A DNA stretch of 64,000 nt from Geosiphon pyriformis uo1 (Eukaryota; Fungi; Glomeromycota). How positions within the stretch are numbered: the first letter of the stretch is position 1; each line of letters opens with the position of its first letter. A model generated the notes under the pieces. It saw nothing but the letters and a program-made list of their open reading frames with translations, was not told where the DNA came from and searched no databases. Made by a program: the position numbers and the translations under genes. Location: the NCBI GenBank assembly GCA_016748015.1, contig JAAOMT010000647.1:66880-130879 (forward strand), in the 5' to 3' direction. This document shows, piece by piece, positions 60,864 through 64,000 of this stretch.

Positions 60864-63800
60864 TTTAGAGCTTCTTGTGAAGTATAATCCTACAGAGAAC
60901 CAGCACCAACTACAACCATTCTAAAAGTGACAGAAACAGAAATAATAGGAACAAACCATTTAGGATTCATTAAATTCTTATTCCAACAGTACAGCCAACA
61001 ATTAGGATTAAACAACAATCATTATTTAGTGGAATCAGCCTTCAATTTTTACATCAACAAGAGAATCAAAGATTTCTTAAAAGTACCAGTTGACATTGAA
61101 TCAGCAAGAAAGAATTTCTACACAGAATTAATTCAACACATCAACTTACCACAGAATCATAGTTTTGTGCCAATCATCAGAGAAATCAATCAAACCATTG
61201 AAAAATACACTCAACAGCAATTTTTTATTACTTATGTAGACAAAAGTAAAGGAAAGTTACAAACACCAGCAGTAACACCAAAAAGAATCCAAGTACCAAA
61301 CTGGAAGAAACAAAGAATCAAATCTCCAACATACTTATTATATCATCACACACCTGAAAGTACAATCAATATTTCATCAGCAGGCATGTCCACATTAAAC
61401 GTGACATCAATATTTGGATGACTCCCATTTCAAAGTAAACAAAAAAAAGCAGAGTTATTAGGAACTTACAGCAATTATTTTGAGGGATTTAAATTGTGAT
61501 TACCAATACCATCAAGATTTCAATTACCACCACCTCAACCAGATTTTGAAACAGCTAATTCATAGAAGATAACTGAATCAAAAAAAGAGAAAGATGATAA
61601 TCAGGAATTCAATTACCAAAACCCAATTTTAGAAAATCTGGAAATTGAAACTTCGAATCTTCAAACTCCCCAAGATCAGAATGATCTAAATCCTAACATT
61701 AATAATTAACAATACTTACCTCCAGTAATTATCATTAACCCACCACTAGTTGTCATACCACAACAACCACCACTACCACTGCAACCTCTAATTCAATTAC
61801 CACCACAATAACAACAACCAAACTTGGATCTAATGGCCTAAACTCCAATAGCAAAACTCGAAAAGTTCACTGACAAAAAAGATGACACCCAAATATGGCT
61901 CAATGATGTTAAAAAAGCTATCATAGCCAATAGATAAAATGATGCAAGAGCCCTTCAAACCATCCTCTATTTTTCTCAGAATACCACCAACTTGTGGTAT
62001 CAGAATTTAGTCCAGAAATCCCAAACTTTTGATGCATTCAAGCTAGAATTTTTAAAATATTTCAGTAATAACAACAGCATTAACCACCTGGCAAATACCT
62101 TCACCACCATTAAACAAAGAGAAACTGAAGCAGTCACTACTTACTTGAGATGCTTCCATAGAAATCTGCACCAAATCCAGACAATACAAGCTGACTATTT
62201 TACAGTGCCACAAATCTTAAACCAATTTATTAGAGGATTGTGCAGTAGCATCCTATAACACATATATCTAATGCATTCAGCAAACCTTCAAGCCACAGTT
62301 ACAAACATAAAAGATTTCAAAGCAGCCAAATTAAAAGCCAACCACACTCAAGCTGTCAATCTAGTGATGAATAGATTATCTGAATTGGATTCTAAGTTGA
62401 AACAATTCAGTAATTCTATTAATCAAAAATTAGAAGGATACTTAGCTAACAATTAGGCAATTTATTAACTTTCACAATAACATAATAATTATGAAAACAC
62501 AAATCATTTCCAGAACCAGTTGTGTCCATCATTCTCAACCAATCAACAGTGGCAGCAGGAAATGCATGTTTGCCACTATTGTGGTAAACAAGGACATTTG
62601 AGAATCAACTACAGGCTAAGAATAGATAATCAATGATCAGGAAATCAATATTGAAATCCCGATTGCCAGTTTCAAACTCCAAGATATCAATCCAATCCAG
62701 AAATATATGAATCAAATTACCTACCAGTAACACAACTGCCAATTTACCAACCACCTATTTATCAGACTCCAGCACTAGTTATTTATCAACTGCAGCCACA
62801 AATAATATACCAACTCTAACAAATTTCTATATTGCCACCAAACTCAGCTCAGATGACATCAGGAAATCCCAGATCAAAAGTCACTTAAAACTGAAGATTA
62901 GCAATAGTTGTTCACTAACCAATCCTCAGCTCCTTTCACTAACCAACAGAATTTCATTCTCAGAATTTGGGAACTGAATATGCCCAAAACTCAAATTTTC
63001 AACACTATTTAAGTCTCTTAATTACCCCAAAAGATGCCTTATCTCATAACCCAAAAACCAACCAAAAGCAATCACCTACCAACAACATACCTCCAGCCAC
63101 CATCACCAATAACAAATTACTAGCAGTAATCTTCTCATTCGAACTTGAGAAATTGTCATTCATGCCATTGTTTAGTAGAGCTGCACTCAAAAAAAAACCG
63201 ATTACTGCCATGTACACTAATGCCAAAGTGAATGGCCACTCCATCAAACTCATATTAAATAGCAGATTAGCAGGCAGCATTATTACATGACAACTTATAG
63301 ACCAATTAGGTTACTGAGTTGATCATGCTACCAGTGCCAGAATCATAATAGCCAATAGAGCAACCAAAACTCCAATTGGCAAAATTGATGACCTCTCCAT
63401 AGAAGTCAATAGCATTATTGTACCAATAAAAGTATTAGTCATGGAAGCTACCCAGTACTAAGCACTTGTTGGCAATAACTGGTTGTCCAAAATCAATGCA
63501 ATACTTAACTGAAACATACAGAAGCTCCAACTTAGCCAGAATGGTCAACACACACATGTATCAGTCATGTGTGGCCACTTCAAGCCTACTATTATGCCAG
63601 CACCACACATCAAGTTTGAGAAAGAAAAAAAAATCTCACTTGGGAAGCATATCAAATCTTATGGGCTGATGACAACCACAATAAACTGCCATCAATCCTT
63701 TTCTGGAATGACAAGAGAAAAAAAAGAACTTATCTGGAATTTTGATCAAGTCTGGGGAACCAATAACGATCAGAATAAACTAATAACAACTGGGGAATGA

Positions 63801-64000
63801 GAAGAAGAGAATAATAAAAGAAAAGAAAAGGAGAAAAAAGAAGAAACAACACCTATCAGTACCATCACTTATAACTTCTACACTTACACTACATCATAAC
63901 AATCCAACTATCGCTGACCAAAGCTCATATGTGTCGATTGTAACAAGAAATTGTTATCAATAGGTGTATGCTGTGGTGACAATGAGAAATACCAAATAGC
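60026..64000 (+). mobile_element. Ty3/Gypsy LTR retrotransposon B (same family as A), nested in A; runs off the window
   Basis: LTR 60026-60863; gag homologous to A (KLEFLKYFSNNNSINHLANTF); knuckle CHYCGKQGH at 62571; protease LILNSRLAGS at about 63249; start of the Cys-rich insert at about 63920. Confidence 0.92.

Noticed and set aside
1-64000. tRNA, rRNA or bacterial/endosymbiont (HGT) segments
   Set aside because: None recognised; most host genes have spliceosomal introns and all match eukaryotic families.

Overview
AT-rich, intron-rich eukaryotic DNA. The gene content (Sel1-repeat TKL-type kinases, an MLKL-like N-terminus/kinase/Sel1 gene, heavily decayed RNase H LINEs and Ty3/Gypsy elements) points by inference to an arbuscular-mycorrhizal-type fungus (Glomeromycotina, Geosiphon-like). 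1-6.5 kb: a divergent housekeeping pair, an F-BAR/RhoGAP gene (minus, runs off the window) and an intronless 1211-aa PPR gene. 6.9-8.2 kb: a complete but broken Tc1 (DD34E) transposon. 10.9-33 kb: a candidate innate-immunity/cell-death cluster. It holds one intact 6-exon gene (MLKL-like four-helix bundle, probable pseudokinase, Sel1), three paralogous Sel1-array genes with 12, 18 and 6 core 108-bp repeats (two pseudogenised Sel1-Zn-kinases, one kinase-less but open), and a small secreted KR-containing peptide gene. 33.6-34.6 kb: a 5-exon four-TM gene absent from the ORF track. 36-64 kb: mostly transposon debris (pogo, LINEs, and two nested Gypsy elements, the first encoding a dUTPase) with strong C>T/G>A decay, surrounding an intact 10-exon PD-(D/E)xK-like gene. 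Exon structures and counts were worked out by hand; no database searches were run.
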